This document shows, one piece after another, positions 24,959 to 35,103 of a stretch of DNA of 50,643 nucleotides. Numbering within the stretch: the stretch's first letter is position 1; each line of letters begins with the position of its first letter. Below the pieces are notes generated by a model, which saw only the letters and a program-made list of their open reading frames with translations, was not told the DNA's origin and ran no database searches. The stretch spans positions 1-50,643 of IMG/VR virus record IMGVR_UViG_3300037156_000076; one strand, given 5' to 3'. Source of the stretch: a virus. Lineage: Duplodnaviria; Caudoviricetes. Position numbers and translations under genes: made by a program.

Positions 24959-26002
24959 ATGGCCTCGTTAGACGTTTTCCATCAGGACATCTTTTCCTCA
25001 ATTGCCCTGACCACCGCCATCGACAAATTTCCGTTCCAGCCTACCGGCGTCGGCGATCTTAATTTGTTCGAGCCTGATCCAATTCGCACCACTGCGCTGG
25101 CGATCGAGGAGCGTCAAGGCAAGCTGGTGTTGATCCCGTTCTCTGACCGAGGCGAAGAAGGCACCCAGCGCGTCACCGAAAAACGTAAAGCGCGTTATTT
25201 CGATGTGCCGCGGCTGATGCACTCCGACACCATCACTGCTCAGGAAATCCAGAACATTCGTGCGTTCGGCACTGAGTCTGAGCTGATGCAGGTCGAAACC
25301 GAAGTCGCTCGCCGGGTCATGGGCCCTACCGGCCTGACCAGCAACATCGAATACACCTGGGAATTTCAGCGCCTCGCTGCCATTCAGGGTCAGTGCCTCG
25401 ACGCTGATGGTGAAATCAAGTTCGATTGGTTCCAGGAGTTCGGCATCACCAAGCCAGCCGACATTGTCTTTGATTTGACCCTGAACGCTGACGGCTCGGC
25501 TACCAAACCAAACTCGATACGTCCTCTGTGCAACAACATCGTCCGTACCATGGCGCGCAAATCGCAAGGCGCGTTCCTGCCGAGCACTGAAGTGTTTGCG
25601 TTGGCTGGCGATGCGTTCTGGGATGAGCTCACCAACCACCCGGACGTGACGCGCACCTATTACAACTGGGCTGCTGCTGCCGAGTTGCGCCAAGGCAATG
25701 CGTTCCAAGCCATGCGTTTTGGTGGCATCAACTGGTTCAACTATCGCGGCTCAGATGATGCCAGCACCATCAGCGTAGGGACGAACGAGGCGAAGTTCTT
25801 CCCGAAAGGTGCTCCTGGCATCTTCAAGGTAGCTTACGCGCCAGGCGAAACCTTCGAATGGGTCAACACCCCAGGCAAGCCGATCTACATCCTGCCGATT
25901 TTCGATACTCAGCGGAAAATGTGGTGGAAGGTCGAGGCGTACAGCTACCCGCTGCACATCTGCACTCGCCCTGAAGTTCTGATGTCCGCAGTGCTGAAAT
26001 AA
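24959..26002 (+). CDS. Major capsid protein, lambda gpE family
   Basis: AGGAG RBS. IQNIRAFG, TWEFQRLAAIQG and SYPLHICTRPEVL motifs. Confidence 0.93.
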   Translation: MASLDVFHQDIFSSIALTTAIDKFPFQPTGVGDLNLFEPDPIRTTALAIEERQGKLVLIPFSDRGEEGTQRVTEKRKARYFDVPRLMHSDTITAQEIQNIRAFGTESELMQVETEVARRVMGPTGLTSNIEYTWEFQRLAAIQGQCLDADGEIKFDWFQEFGITKPADIVFDLTLNADGSATKPNSIRPLCNNIVRTMARKSQGAFLPSTEVFALAGDAFWDELTNHPDVTRTYYNWAAAAELRQGNAFQAMRFGGINWFNYRGSDDASTISVGTNEAKFFPKGAPGIFKVAYAPGETFEWVNTPGKPIYILPIFDTQRKMWWKVEAYSYPLHICTRPEVLMSAVLK

Positions 26003-26004
26003 GC

Positions 26005-26343
26005 GTGGCTATCGACTGGGATAAGGCGGTCCTCGGGCCACTTGCTGCTGTCTTCGGCGAAGGGGTGCAGGCCGACGGACCAATCATGTTTTATCCCGAC
26101 GGCGGCCTGCCATACGCAATCGATGGTGTCTTTGATGCTGCTTATCGAGACATTCATCTGGCTGACACCATGGTTGACGCGAACACCGTCCAGCCCGTGC
26201 TGGGTGTTCGCATTTCCATCTTCCCGGTTGCGCCAATTCCCGATGATCAGGTGTTTATCCCAAGTACGGGGAATATGTACCTCATCAAAGAGGTGCGCTC
26301 CGACAGTCATGGCTGGGCAAAGCTGATGTTGGGGAAAATGTAA
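26005..26343 (+). CDS. Head-tail joining / head closure protein
   Basis: Position after the capsid gene. FGE...IDGVFD pattern. Confidence 0.75.
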   Translation: MAIDWDKAVLGPLAAVFGEGVQADGPIMFYPDGGLPYAIDGVFDAAYRDIHLADTMVDANTVQPVLGVRISIFPVAPIPDDQVFIPSTGNMYLIKEVRSDSHGWAKLMLGKM

Positions 26344-27026
26344 TGACAACTACCTCAGATTTACGGCTGCTCTCTGCGGAGGGGCTCAAGGGTAAAACCA
26401 TCGCCGGAAACAATGTGTTTTTGGCGAGAACTTGGGCCACTTGGGATGGTAGCTACCCGATTCTGTACCTGCATTCGCCGAGCGAGGATATGCAGTCGCT
26501 TGGCGATGCGGGCGCTCCACAGTTCACCGTCACAGCAACCATTCGGGTCAGCGCTCGCGTTGAGGTGAGGAATTTGCTAAAGAACGGCGGGGCGGCTGCC
26601 GCGCTGGTCGAGCTTGAGGTCATGCAGCAGCAGATAAAAATGGCGCTCATCAACTTCCCTCCGCTGATGAAAAGGCTGCAGCAGTATCCGTTCGTTCGAT
26701 CTGAAATCCGCGAGAGCGGCGAAGGCGATTCCGAGCTGGCCGAACTGGTCATGGATATCGGCATGGAGTTTTATCAGGGCCCCGAAGATTTCTATCCGCT
26801 CGAGGAAGAGATTCCCGGCCCGACGCTTGATCCGGTAGCAGAAACGGCTGCGATACAGCCAATTGCTCCGCTTGAGAGCGTTCATATCTCCAACGACCTC
26901 ACCAACGTCGTCGATGTATCGGGCACCTACGACAACCCGCCATTTCCACTAGCTGTCAATCCAGCACCACGCTCAGCCGGCCCAGATGGCCGCACTGAAG
27001 GTGGGCTTGATATCGACCTCATGTAA
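26343..27026 (+). CDS. Tail terminator-like protein
   Basis: Position in the neck region of the Mu-like tail operon. Confidence 0.65.
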   Translation: MTTTSDLRLLSAEGLKGKTIAGNNVFLARTWATWDGSYPILYLHSPSEDMQSLGDAGAPQFTVTATIRVSARVEVRNLLKNGGAAAALVELEVMQQQIKMALINFPPLMKRLQQYPFVRSEIRESGEGDSELAELVMDIGMEFYQGPEDFYPLEEEIPGPTLDPVAETAAIQPIAPLESVHISNDLTNVVDVSGTYDNPPFPLAVNPAPRSAGPDGRTEGGLDIDLM

Positions 27027-27037
27027 TAGGAGCACTC

Positions 27038-27262
27038 ATGTACGTCTATCCCTCTCCGGGGTTGCAGGTTCGCGACCCCGTGAAGCAAGACTTCTTGCCC
27101 GCCGAAGGCCGCGAGGTTCCCGACAGCGCTTTTTACTGGATTCGGCGCCTGGGTTGCGGCGATGCAACGCTGACCCCTCCCACAACCCCTGCATCCGTCG
27201 CGATTGCGCTCGATTCGCGCGTCACGAAAACCACCTCAACTGATGGGAGCGACAGCCAGTGA
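27038..27262 (+). CDS. DUF2635 family (Mu gp38-like) protein
   Basis: P..GLQVRDP...LPAEGREV...YWIRRL..GD. Confidence 0.88.
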   Translation: MYVYPSPGLQVRDPVKQDFLPAEGREVPDSAFYWIRRLGCGDATLTPPTTPASVAIALDSRVTKTTSTDGSDSQ

Positions 27263-28737
27263 CCGTTCCATTCAATAACATCCCGACGAATATCCGGGTT
27301 CCGCTCTTCTATGCGGAGGTCGACAACTCTCAGGCCAACAGCGGGGCGCAGACTCAGAAAACGTTGATCATCGGCCAGATTACGGCAGCCGGTAACGGCG
27401 CGGTCAATGTGCCTGTGCTCGGGCAGGGTGTCACCGATGCTCAAGCCAAAGGCGGTCAGGGCTCCATGCTTGCGCTGGAGGTTGCGGCCTATGTTGCTAA
27501 TGACAGTTTCGGCGAGGTCTGGTTTCTGCCCCTGGCAGATGCTTCGGGCGGAGTTGCGGCTACTGGCACATTACTTATCGGCGGGCTGCCCACTGCTACC
27601 GGCGTTATTTCGCTGTACATCGCAGGCCAGCTTGTCAGCTTGGTCGTGACAGCCGCTGAGGCTCCCGCTGCTATCGCGACTGCCTTGGCCGCGCTCGTCA
27701 ATGCCACGCCAGACTTGCCGGTCACCGCAGCCGCGACAACGGCGACAGTGACGCTCACCGCCAAGAACAAAGGCATGACCGGCAACGACATCGATATCCG
27801 GTTGAACTACCTTGGCACGGTGAATGGCCAGGTGATCCCGGCCGGTTTGACACTGACGATTACTGCGATGACCGCCGGCGCAACTAACCCGGTGCTGGAC
27901 ACTGCGCTCAGCAACTTGGCTGACCAGGTGTTCGACTTCATTGTCAGTCCGTACACCGATACCGCCTCGCTGGATTCGCTGAAAGCGTTGCTCAACGACA
28001 AGACTGGCCGGTGGGGTTATATCTCCCAGATCTACGGTCACGTGTTCTCGTCGCTGCGCGGCACTCTGTCGACTTTGGCGACGGCGGGCAATCTGCGGAA
28101 TAACCAGCACGAAACCATTTTGGGAGTTTACGACTCTCCGTCTCCACCATGGGCCTGGGCTGCCGCTTCTGCTGGAACCGCAGCCGTGGCATTGCGTGCC
28201 GACCCTGGCCGACCATTGCAAACCTTGGTTTTGAGCGGCGTGCTCGCTCCACCGCTTATTTCACAGTTTGACGTAGGCGAGCGCAACACCTTGCTCTGGG
28301 ATGGAATTTCGACCTTCACGGTGGCCAACGACGGCACCGTGGCGATTGAAAACATGATTACGACCTACCAGAAAAACAGTTTCGGCTCCCCTGATGACAG
28401 TTATCTGCAGGTCGAAACGCTGTTTCTGTTGATGTTCGTGTTGCGCGCGCAAAAATCCCTGGTGACCTCAAAATACGCACGGGTCAAGCTGGCAGCCAAC
28501 GGCACTCGCTTCGCTCCGGGCAGCGCAATCGTCACGCCGAATATTATCCGTGCCGACCTGATTGCTCAGTACATCACGTTTGAATTCAATGGATACGTCC
28601 AGGATTCGGCAGCCTTCGCCAAAGCCTTGATTGTCGAAAAGAACAGCCTCAATCCGAACCGGGTCGATGTTCTCTCGCCGGCCACGCTGATTAACCAATT
28701 GCGCATTTTTGCGCTGCTCGAACAATTCCGCCTGTAA
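27259..28737 (+). CDS. Tail sheath protein (Mu gpL-like)
   Basis: IPTNIRVPLFYAEVDNSQAN N-terminus, DPGRPLQTL, and NRVDVL..LINQLRIFA C-terminus. Confidence 0.96.
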   Translation: MTVPFNNIPTNIRVPLFYAEVDNSQANSGAQTQKTLIIGQITAAGNGAVNVPVLGQGVTDAQAKGGQGSMLALEVAAYVANDSFGEVWFLPLADASGGVAATGTLLIGGLPTATGVISLYIAGQLVSLVVTAAEAPAAIATALAALVNATPDLPVTAAATTATVTLTAKNKGMTGNDIDIRLNYLGTVNGQVIPAGLTLTITAMTAGATNPVLDTALSNLADQVFDFIVSPYTDTASLDSLKALLNDKTGRWGYISQIYGHVFSSLRGTLSTLATAGNLRNNQHETILGVYDSPSPPWAWAAASAGTAAVALRADPGRPLQTLVLSGVLAPPLISQFDVGERNTLLWDGISTFTVANDGTVAIENMITTYQKNSFGSPDDSYLQVETLFLLMFVLRAQKSLVTSKYARVKLAANGTRFAPGSAIVTPNIIRADLIAQYITFEFNGYVQDSAAFAKALIVEKNSLNPNRVDVLSPATLINQLRIFALLEQFRL

Positions 28738-28756
28738 TCCAGGCTCATCGTCAACG

Positions 28757-28779
28757 GCCGCCATTGAGCGGTTTTTTTT
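28757..28779 (+). terminator. Terminator-like hairpin between sheath and tube genes
   Basis: GCCGC-CATTGA-GCGGT followed by a T-run. Confidence 0.5.
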
Positions 28780-28794
28780 CGCCTGGAGAAAAAC

Positions 28795-29163
28795 ATGGCT
28801 GATACGACTAACCGTCTTGCTGGCACCGCTTATATGTCCGTCGATGGCGTTACCTACATGCTGGTAGGTGATTTTTCCTACAAGGTTTCCGGTGTGTCTC
28901 GGGAAACGTTGAAGGGCATGGATGGCGTACATGGTTACAGCGAAAAACCCGAGCAGGGCTTCATATCAGCAACACTTCGCGACTCGTCGAACCTGAGCCT
29001 GTCCGACCTTAACGCCATGAGCAACGTCACTGTCGTTGCCGAACTGGCCAACGGTAAAACCGTCATTGGTAGCGCCATGTGGACTACCGAACAACCCGAA
29101 TCCAAAGCCGCCGACGCCACTATCGAAATGAAGTGGGAAAGCGCATCCGTCACGGAGAGTTAA
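28795..29163 (+). CDS. Tail tube protein (Mu gpM-like)
   Basis: RLAGTAY..VDG...RETLKGMDGVHGYSE...ELANGK. Confidence 0.93.
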   Translation: MADTTNRLAGTAYMSVDGVTYMLVGDFSYKVSGVSRETLKGMDGVHGYSEKPEQGFISATLRDSSNLSLSDLNAMSNVTVVAELANGKTVIGSAMWTTEQPESKAADATIEMKWESASVTES

Positions 29164-29166
29164 TTT

Positions 29167-29460
29167 ATGTTTGAAGACGAAATCACCATCACCCTGAGCA
29201 AGCCGGTAATCATCGGCACCGGCGACACAGCCATCACTTACGCGGAGCTCAAACTGCGTGAGCCCACTGCGGGCGAGATCGAAAAAGCCAGTCGCGCCGA
29301 TACTAACGTCGGCACAGCAATCACCTTGATCAGCCTGATCACCAAAATCCCTCGGGGCGCCATCGAAAAAATCAGCCGGCGAGATCTGATGGCGGCAGAT
29401 AAATTTCTTCAGTCTTTTACCGACGCTGGCCCGTCGACGGCGGCGGATGGCCAGAGCTGA
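29167..29460 (+). CDS. Tail assembly chaperone, with probable -1 frameshift extension to 29567
   Basis: LKLREPTAGE motif. The -1 frame gives WPELIAELTKYYGWGPREAW..L.EL.WW (GpE'-like). Confidence 0.85.
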   Translation: MFEDEITITLSKPVIIGTGDTAITYAELKLREPTAGEIEKASRADTNVGTAITLISLITKIPRGAIEKISRRDLMAADKFLQSFTDAGPSTAADGQS

Positions 29461-29563
29461 TTGCCGAACTGACCAAGTATTACGGTTGGGGTCCGCGCGA
29501 AGCGTGGTCCATAGGGTTGAGTGAGTTGAGTTGGTGGAATGACCAGGCCAAACGCATGAAGGG

Positions 29564-31600
29564 GTGACAGTAGTGGCTGATTTAAAGATCACGATTAGTG
29601 CGGTTGATAAAGCCACTGCGACCGTGCGCAAGGTAAATGACTCCATCAGCCGTCTGACTCGGCCTTTCGAGGAGATCGGTAAGTCTTTCAAGGGTCTCGG
29701 AAGCGAACTTGGTTTTGAAAAGATCGGCAAGAACCTTGGAAATATTGGGCGTGAGGCCGGTAGTGCGGCGCGGAGCATCGGCAATATCGTTGCTCCAATG
29801 GCTGCCATTACGGGTATCGGCTCGGTAGCCGGTATTGCTGCTCTGGCCAGTAACTGGGCCAGTCTCGGGCGCTCTATCGACAACAGCTCGCGGGGTATAG
29901 GTGTCTCTGCCGGGCAACTGCAAGGCTTCCAGGGCGCCGCGAAAATGGTCGGCATCGACGCCTCGACCACAACCGCCAGTCTCGATGGTTTGGCTACCAC
30001 CATGCAGGATGCTCAGTGGGGCCGTAACCAAGGCGCGCTGATGATGCTGAACAAGCTCGGAATCGGCCTGAAAAAAACCAAGGATGGCGCGAACGATGTT
30101 GTTGGCGAGTACAAGGCGGTGGCCAACGCTATTGCCAAGGAAACCAATCCGCAGGTTCAAAAGCTGATTGCCAATAGTCTTGGGATGGGGGCGATGCTGC
30201 CATTCCTGCGGGACGGTGCTGCGGGGATTGAGCGATACGAAGGGATGGTCAGGCGCCTGGGTTACGTGATGGGCGATGACGCCGTGAAGCGCGGCAAAGA
30301 GTTTTCACAGAGTCTTGCCGGCTTAGGTATTGCAGTTGATGGTGTGAAAAACTCCATTGGCGACAAGCTTATTCCTGTCATGCAGCCGTTAATCGACCAG
30401 TTCAGCGTGTGGCTGGCGACCAACAGGGAGTTGATAGCAACCGACATTGGCGAGTGGGCCAAAGGCTTTGCCAAGTGGATCAATAGTATTGACTGGAAGG
30501 GCGTAGGCGATGGAATTGTCAAATTTGGCGAAGGTATCGGCAAGGTTGTTGAGTGGCTCGGCGGATGGGAGAACGCAGCAATCCTAGTAGTAGCAGCGAT
30601 GAACATCGGCCTGATTGGCAGCGTTCTTTCATTAGGACTCAACCTTACTCGCGCCGGGATTGGGATTGTCGCTTTCACTGGCCTGCTGAGTGGCTGGAAG
30701 GTTGCTGCCGCAGAAGCGGGCGCTGCGACCGAAGCTGCCGCAGGCGCTGCAGCGAGTCGAGGTTTGCTCGGCTGGATTGGCGCCGGTACGGCCGCAGTCG
30801 GGACGGGTATAGGCGCGATGCTTTATTCCCCTACGCTGAACGACGGCGAGGACAAAGAAGTTGCGCGCATCCGGCAGTCTCAAGGGTTGCCGCCGGCAGT
30901 GCCGCAAACGCCTGATCAGGCATCTCACGAAAACGCTGTCTCTGGCGCCTGGAAGAAATTGCAAGGCGTCGATAAGGATGCGTCGACCTTCGCCATGGAT
31001 TATTTCAAGGCGCAAGGGTGGACCAAGCAGCAGGCGGCCGGCATTGTCGGAAACGGTATTGCCGAAAGTAACCTTGACCCCAAAGCCCTTGGCGATTTTG
31101 GTCGGGCCAGAGGTATCTTTCAGCTGCATGCTGATCGACAAAAGGATTTTGAAAACTGGGCTGGCTTCAAGATCACTGACGATCGCGCTGATCGGATGAA
31201 GCAATACGAGTTTGCCAACTATGAACTGACTCAGGGCAAGGAGTCGCCTGCAGGCAAGTTATTGAGAGGAACTACAGACGCAGAGTCTTCGGGCGAAGTA
31301 GCTTCGCGCAAATGGTTGAGGCCAGGGCTCGAGGAAGAGGTTAAGACCCGCGAGGCGATCTTCCGCGGCTCGCTCGCAAATCAACTCGATCTTCCACCGC
31401 TTTCGGCCGCTCCCCTCGGGCCGTATGCCAAGCCTGCGTCCCCCGACGGCACTACTGGCGCTGGCGGCGCGGGCGGAACAGTGAAGGTTGAAATCGAACA
31501 TAAAAACATGCCAGAAGGCACGAAAGTCAACGTGAAAACCGAGGGCAACGTCCAGGCATCCAGCCGTATCGCTTATTCGGGCGTGGGATCAATCGCATGA
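29564..31600 (+). CDS. Tape measure protein with C-terminal lysozyme-like domain
   Basis: KITISAVDKAT N-terminus. YFKAQGWTKQQAAGIVGN..AES..DP...GD.G.A.GIFQ phage tail lysozyme motif. Confidence 0.9.
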   Translation: MTVVADLKITISAVDKATATVRKVNDSISRLTRPFEEIGKSFKGLGSELGFEKIGKNLGNIGREAGSAARSIGNIVAPMAAITGIGSVAGIAALASNWASLGRSIDNSSRGIGVSAGQLQGFQGAAKMVGIDASTTTASLDGLATTMQDAQWGRNQGALMMLNKLGIGLKKTKDGANDVVGEYKAVANAIAKETNPQVQKLIANSLGMGAMLPFLRDGAAGIERYEGMVRRLGYVMGDDAVKRGKEFSQSLAGLGIAVDGVKNSIGDKLIPVMQPLIDQFSVWLATNRELIATDIGEWAKGFAKWINSIDWKGVGDGIVKFGEGIGKVVEWLGGWENAAILVVAAMNIGLIGSVLSLGLNLTRAGIGIVAFTGLLSGWKVAAAEAGAATEAAAGAAASRGLLGWIGAGTAAVGTGIGAMLYSPTLNDGEDKEVARIRQSQGLPPAVPQTPDQASHENAVSGAWKKLQGVDKDASTFAMDYFKAQGWTKQQAAGIVGNGIAESNLDPKALGDFGRARGIFQLHADRQKDFENWAGFKITDDRADRMKQYEFANYELTQGKESPAGKLLRGTTDAESSGEVASRKWLRPGLEEEVKTREAIFRGSLANQLDLPPLSAAPLGPYAKPASPDGTTGAGGAGGTVKVEIEHKNMPEGTKVNVKTEGNVQASSRIAYSGVGSIA

Positions 31601-33027
31601 GTATTTTGTCTGATATCGTCCAGATCGCGCTGGACTCAAACAAGACCTGGACCGAAAGCCTGCATAAGGCCTCCTTTCGAGGCGTACCGTTTGCGGTCTA
31701 TGGCGGAGAGGCTCGTTTCGGTCGCCGTGGGGCGTTGCACGAATACCCTGGCCGCGATAAACCCTACGTTGAAGACATGGGGCGATCGACACGCCGCATC
31801 CGGATGACGGGCTTTCTAGTAACAGACAGCATTATCTATGGTGGCGGCAACGTCCTGGCTCAGCGTGATGCGCTGGTCGGGGCAGCTGAGCGGCCCGGTC
31901 CTGGTGCGCTGATGCACCCGACACTTGGGGCTTTAAAGGTCAGCGTCCCAGACCAAGGCTTGAGTGTGACCGAACGCTGGGACATGGGCCGTTACTTTGA
32001 GATCAGCTTTACGTTTATCGAGTCTGGCGACCGGTATTTTCCTACTATCACCACGTCTACGGGCAGCCTGCTGGATAAGCTGGCCGCCGCGCTGGGTCTA
32101 TCGTCGGTGCTGGACTTCGCTCGCAAAGTGATTGGTGGCGTCACAGCCGTGATCAACGCGGTTGAGGGCGTGATCAAATTTGGCAAAGCCATCGTAGGGA
32201 TGGTGATGGGCGTGATCGCCGACTTCAAGGTATTGGTCGGACGTATAACCCACGACGTGCGCAGCATCACCAGTCTGGGTAGCTTGTTGACTGGCGATTT
32301 CGGGCGCTATGCCAATGGCAACGTCAGCAGCGCTTTGATTGCCAGCAAAAAGGCCAAGAACAGCAGCGCAACCATGGCTGATCTGATCACTAAGAACACT
32401 GCAAATCGGGCAGCCGTGGATGTTGCGATGGATGCTCTGGTCAACGCCGCTGAAAATCTTGATGCAAGCAGCAGTCAGACCTTTACCGACGCGGTGCAGG
32501 GTGTGATGGGTGCACTGGTCGCGGGCATTGCTGATCCTGGCAATGCCATTGCACTACTCGGGCCGCTGGCCAGTTACGCCCCGACTGCTTTCAACGGCAG
32601 CGGCACCATTGGTGTTGCCAGAGCCACGGCACAAGATGCTACCGCCGCATTGCTTCGTCGGGCCGCCCTAGCATCGATTGGCCAGGTTGTCGCGACGTAC
32701 GTTCCTCAGTCCTACGATGAGGCCATAGCCACCATGAATACGGTGACCGGATTCCTTGATGCCGAGATCTTATTGGCGGGCGACGGTGGGGATGACGAAA
32801 GCTACAACGCCTTGATCGCGCTGCGCCAGGCGGTTGTTACTGCGCTGACTACCACCGGCGCTACGCTTCCCAGCCTGGAAACATTCTCTTTCAAGGCTGC
32901 GTTACCGGCGCTGGTCCTGGCCAACAGGCTGTACCAGGATCCGTCGCGATCAGATGAGCTGATTCAGCAGGCCAGTCCGATTCATCCGGCGTTTATGCCG
33001 ATTACATTTAGGGCTTTGGCCACGTAA
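31597..33027 (+). CDS. DNA circularization protein (Mu gpN-like)
   Basis: ASFRGVPF...GRR..LHEYPGRD.PYVEDMGR and LPALVLANRLYQD..R..EL...IHPAF. Confidence 0.93.
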   Translation: MSILSDIVQIALDSNKTWTESLHKASFRGVPFAVYGGEARFGRRGALHEYPGRDKPYVEDMGRSTRRIRMTGFLVTDSIIYGGGNVLAQRDALVGAAERPGPGALMHPTLGALKVSVPDQGLSVTERWDMGRYFEISFTFIESGDRYFPTITTSTGSLLDKLAAALGLSSVLDFARKVIGGVTAVINAVEGVIKFGKAIVGMVMGVIADFKVLVGRITHDVRSITSLGSLLTGDFGRYANGNVSSALIASKKAKNSSATMADLITKNTANRAAVDVAMDALVNAAENLDASSSQTFTDAVQGVMGALVAGIADPGNAIALLGPLASYAPTAFNGSGTIGVARATAQDATAALLRRAALASIGQVVATYVPQSYDEAIATMNTVTGFLDAEILLAGDGGDDESYNALIALRQAVVTALTTTGATLPSLETFSFKAALPALVLANRLYQDPSRSDELIQQASPIHPAFMPITFRALAT

Positions 33028-33036
33028 GGAAGCCCT

Positions 33037-34125
33037 GTGAACAACGATGAACTTTACCTGACCTCCGGGGACCAGGTCGTGACCGGCTGGACGGACATTC
33101 GTGTAACGCGCGGCATTGAGCGTCTACCCAGTGATTTCAGCGTTGGCATGACCGAGTTGTACCCGAAAGAACTGGATCGGCTCGTGATCGAGCCAGGGGC
33201 GGCGTGCCAGATTCGATTGGGTGCTGACCCGGTGATCACCGGCTATGTCGACCACTTCGTCCCCAGCATCGGCCCGAGCGAGCATTCGATCCGTATCACC
33301 GGACGCTCCAAGTGCTCTGACCTGGTGGACTGCGCGGCAGAGTGGCCGGGCGGACAGATTAGCAACGCAACTGTACTTGGCGTAGCGCAGAGGCTCGCAT
33401 CTGTTTACGGCCCGCTGATCAATGGCAAACCCGAAGGGATCGCAGTTTCCACCGACCTTACTGTCTTGCCGATTATTCCGCAGACCAACTTAATGCTCGG
33501 CGAGTCAGCCTTCGAAATCATTGACCGCATGGCACGGTTTTCGTCGGTGGTGGCCTACGACCTTCCGGATGGCAGCCTGTTCCTGACAACTGCGGGAGTA
33601 AAACCAGCTGCCAGCGGCTTCGCCGAGGGCGCGAATGTGCAGCGGGCTTACATCGACTATTCCGCGAACCAGATTTATTCGGACTACAACGTTTATATCC
33701 AGTCAACCCAGCTTTATATGGACGCCGGGGTCGGAGGAAACAAGTTGACCTCTACCCATGATCTGAATTGCAGTCGGCATCGGGCGATGGTCATTATTTC
33801 AGAGGGTGGCGGCCTAGGTAACGAAATCGCGGTCCAGCGTGGATTATGGGAGTCAGCCCGCAGGTTTGGCCGTTCAAGAATCGTGAAGCTGACTACCGAC
33901 AGCTGGCGCGATGCTTCCGGCACGCTATGGGAGCCGAACACGCTTGTCCCGGTGTCGCTGCCAAGATTGAAATTTGACTCCGCAAGCATGCTGATCAGCG
34001 AGGTCACATTTCTGCGCAACGCCTCGGGAACTTCGGCTGAAATTACCCTGATGGCACCAGCGGCATTCCTCCCTCAGCCAATCAACCTGACGCCACTATG
34101 GGGCGACGTTATCCAGGGGCACTAA
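33037..34125 (+). CDS. Baseplate hub protein (Mu gp44/P-like)
   Basis: GWTDIRVTRGIE, VITGYVD, GRSKCSDLVDC and WR...G.LWEPN. Confidence 0.92.
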   Translation: MNNDELYLTSGDQVVTGWTDIRVTRGIERLPSDFSVGMTELYPKELDRLVIEPGAACQIRLGADPVITGYVDHFVPSIGPSEHSIRITGRSKCSDLVDCAAEWPGGQISNATVLGVAQRLASVYGPLINGKPEGIAVSTDLTVLPIIPQTNLMLGESAFEIIDRMARFSSVVAYDLPDGSLFLTTAGVKPAASGFAEGANVQRAYIDYSANQIYSDYNVYIQSTQLYMDAGVGGNKLTSTHDLNCSRHRAMVIISEGGGLGNEIAVQRGLWESARRFGRSRIVKLTTDSWRDASGTLWEPNTLVPVSLPRLKFDSASMLISEVTFLRNASGTSAEITLMAPAAFLPQPINLTPLWGDVIQGH

Positions 34126-34697
34126 TGACAGACGCAGAAGGCATCATGCAGCGTTTGTGGCGCCGCGTTCAGTTGATGTCGAGCTGGGGTCGAGTGACTT
34201 TCAGCGATGACAGCAAGTCGGCGCAATTGCTACAGATCAAACTTAATGACTCGGAAACACGCGACGCCACGCCACGCATCGCTGAGTTCGGATTTTCCTC
34301 AATGCCCCCGAACGGCTCCGACGTCTTGGTGGTATTTCTCGCGGGTGATCGCTCGAAAGGCGTTGTGGTTGCCACAGGGCACCAAGCCAGCCGCCCTTTG
34401 GGCTTGGCTGCTGGCGAAAGCATGGTCTACGACCTGTGGGGGAAAAGCATTTATCTCACCGCATCTGGCGGCATCGTGGTCGAGGCTCAAGGGACCCCGG
34501 TCACGGTCAATAACGCCACGGTGGTGACGATAAACGCCTCGGAAAAGGTCCAGCTCAATACGCCGTTGTTGCAGGTTACCGGCCTCAATGGCATCGGTGG
34601 GGTGGTCAAGGTCGGTACCGGCTGGACCGGTTCATATTCCACCCCGACCGGACAAGTCGTCACGGTACAAGACGGAATTACCACCAATTGTGTTTGA
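34125..34697 (+). CDS. Baseplate spike protein (Mu gp45/gpV-like)
   Basis: EFGFSSMPP...FLAGDRSKGVVVA...L..GE..VYD..G. Confidence 0.9.
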   Translation: MTDAEGIMQRLWRRVQLMSSWGRVTFSDDSKSAQLLQIKLNDSETRDATPRIAEFGFSSMPPNGSDVLVVFLAGDRSKGVVVATGHQASRPLGLAAGESMVYDLWGKSIYLTASGGIVVEAQGTPVTVNNATVVTINASEKVQLNTPLLQVTGLNGIGGVVKVGTGWTGSYSTPTGQVVTVQDGITTNCV

Positions 34698-34704
34698 GGT
34701 GCTT

Positions 34705-35103
34705 ATGAATCCCCAGGGATCACAACCAGTTAATACTTCCTACTTCCAATCGCTGACTGACCAAGTCAACGGCGCCGCCAGTTGCGCAGATCTGCAGGCG
34801 CTGACTAACGATGCGTATGCCTCGATCAATACGATGATCGCGAGCATTGAGGCCCAGTTGGCGCTGTTAGCCCCGCTGCTTGATCTGCTGAGCGGACCCT
34901 CGGCCAACCTTGGCGCGATCGTCACTTGGATCAACTCATTTATTGCGAGCTTCCTGACCCCGATGGTCAAGCCGTACGCCACCTATACCGCGCAGCTGAC
35001 GGGACTAGTGGCGCAAATGTCCGCGCTGGCGAGCGCCATCGCTGCCAAGGCATCGAGCTTTGAGCAGTGCGTGGTGGCAGTTCCGCCGGTAGTGATCGCG
35101 TAA
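34705..35103 (+). CDS. Hypothetical amphipathic helical protein in the baseplate operon
   Basis: GAGG RBS. TAATG overlap with the next gene. Confidence 0.75.
   Translation: MNPQGSQPVNTSYFQSLTDQVNGAASCADLQALTNDAYASINTMIASIEAQLALLAPLLDLLSGPSANLGAIVTWINSFIASFLTPMVKPYATYTAQLTGLVAQMSALASAIAAKASSFEQCVVAVPPVVIA

Noticed and set aside
28966-30003. 345-aa minus-strand ORF
   Set aside because: Shadow of the tube, chaperone and tape-measure genes.
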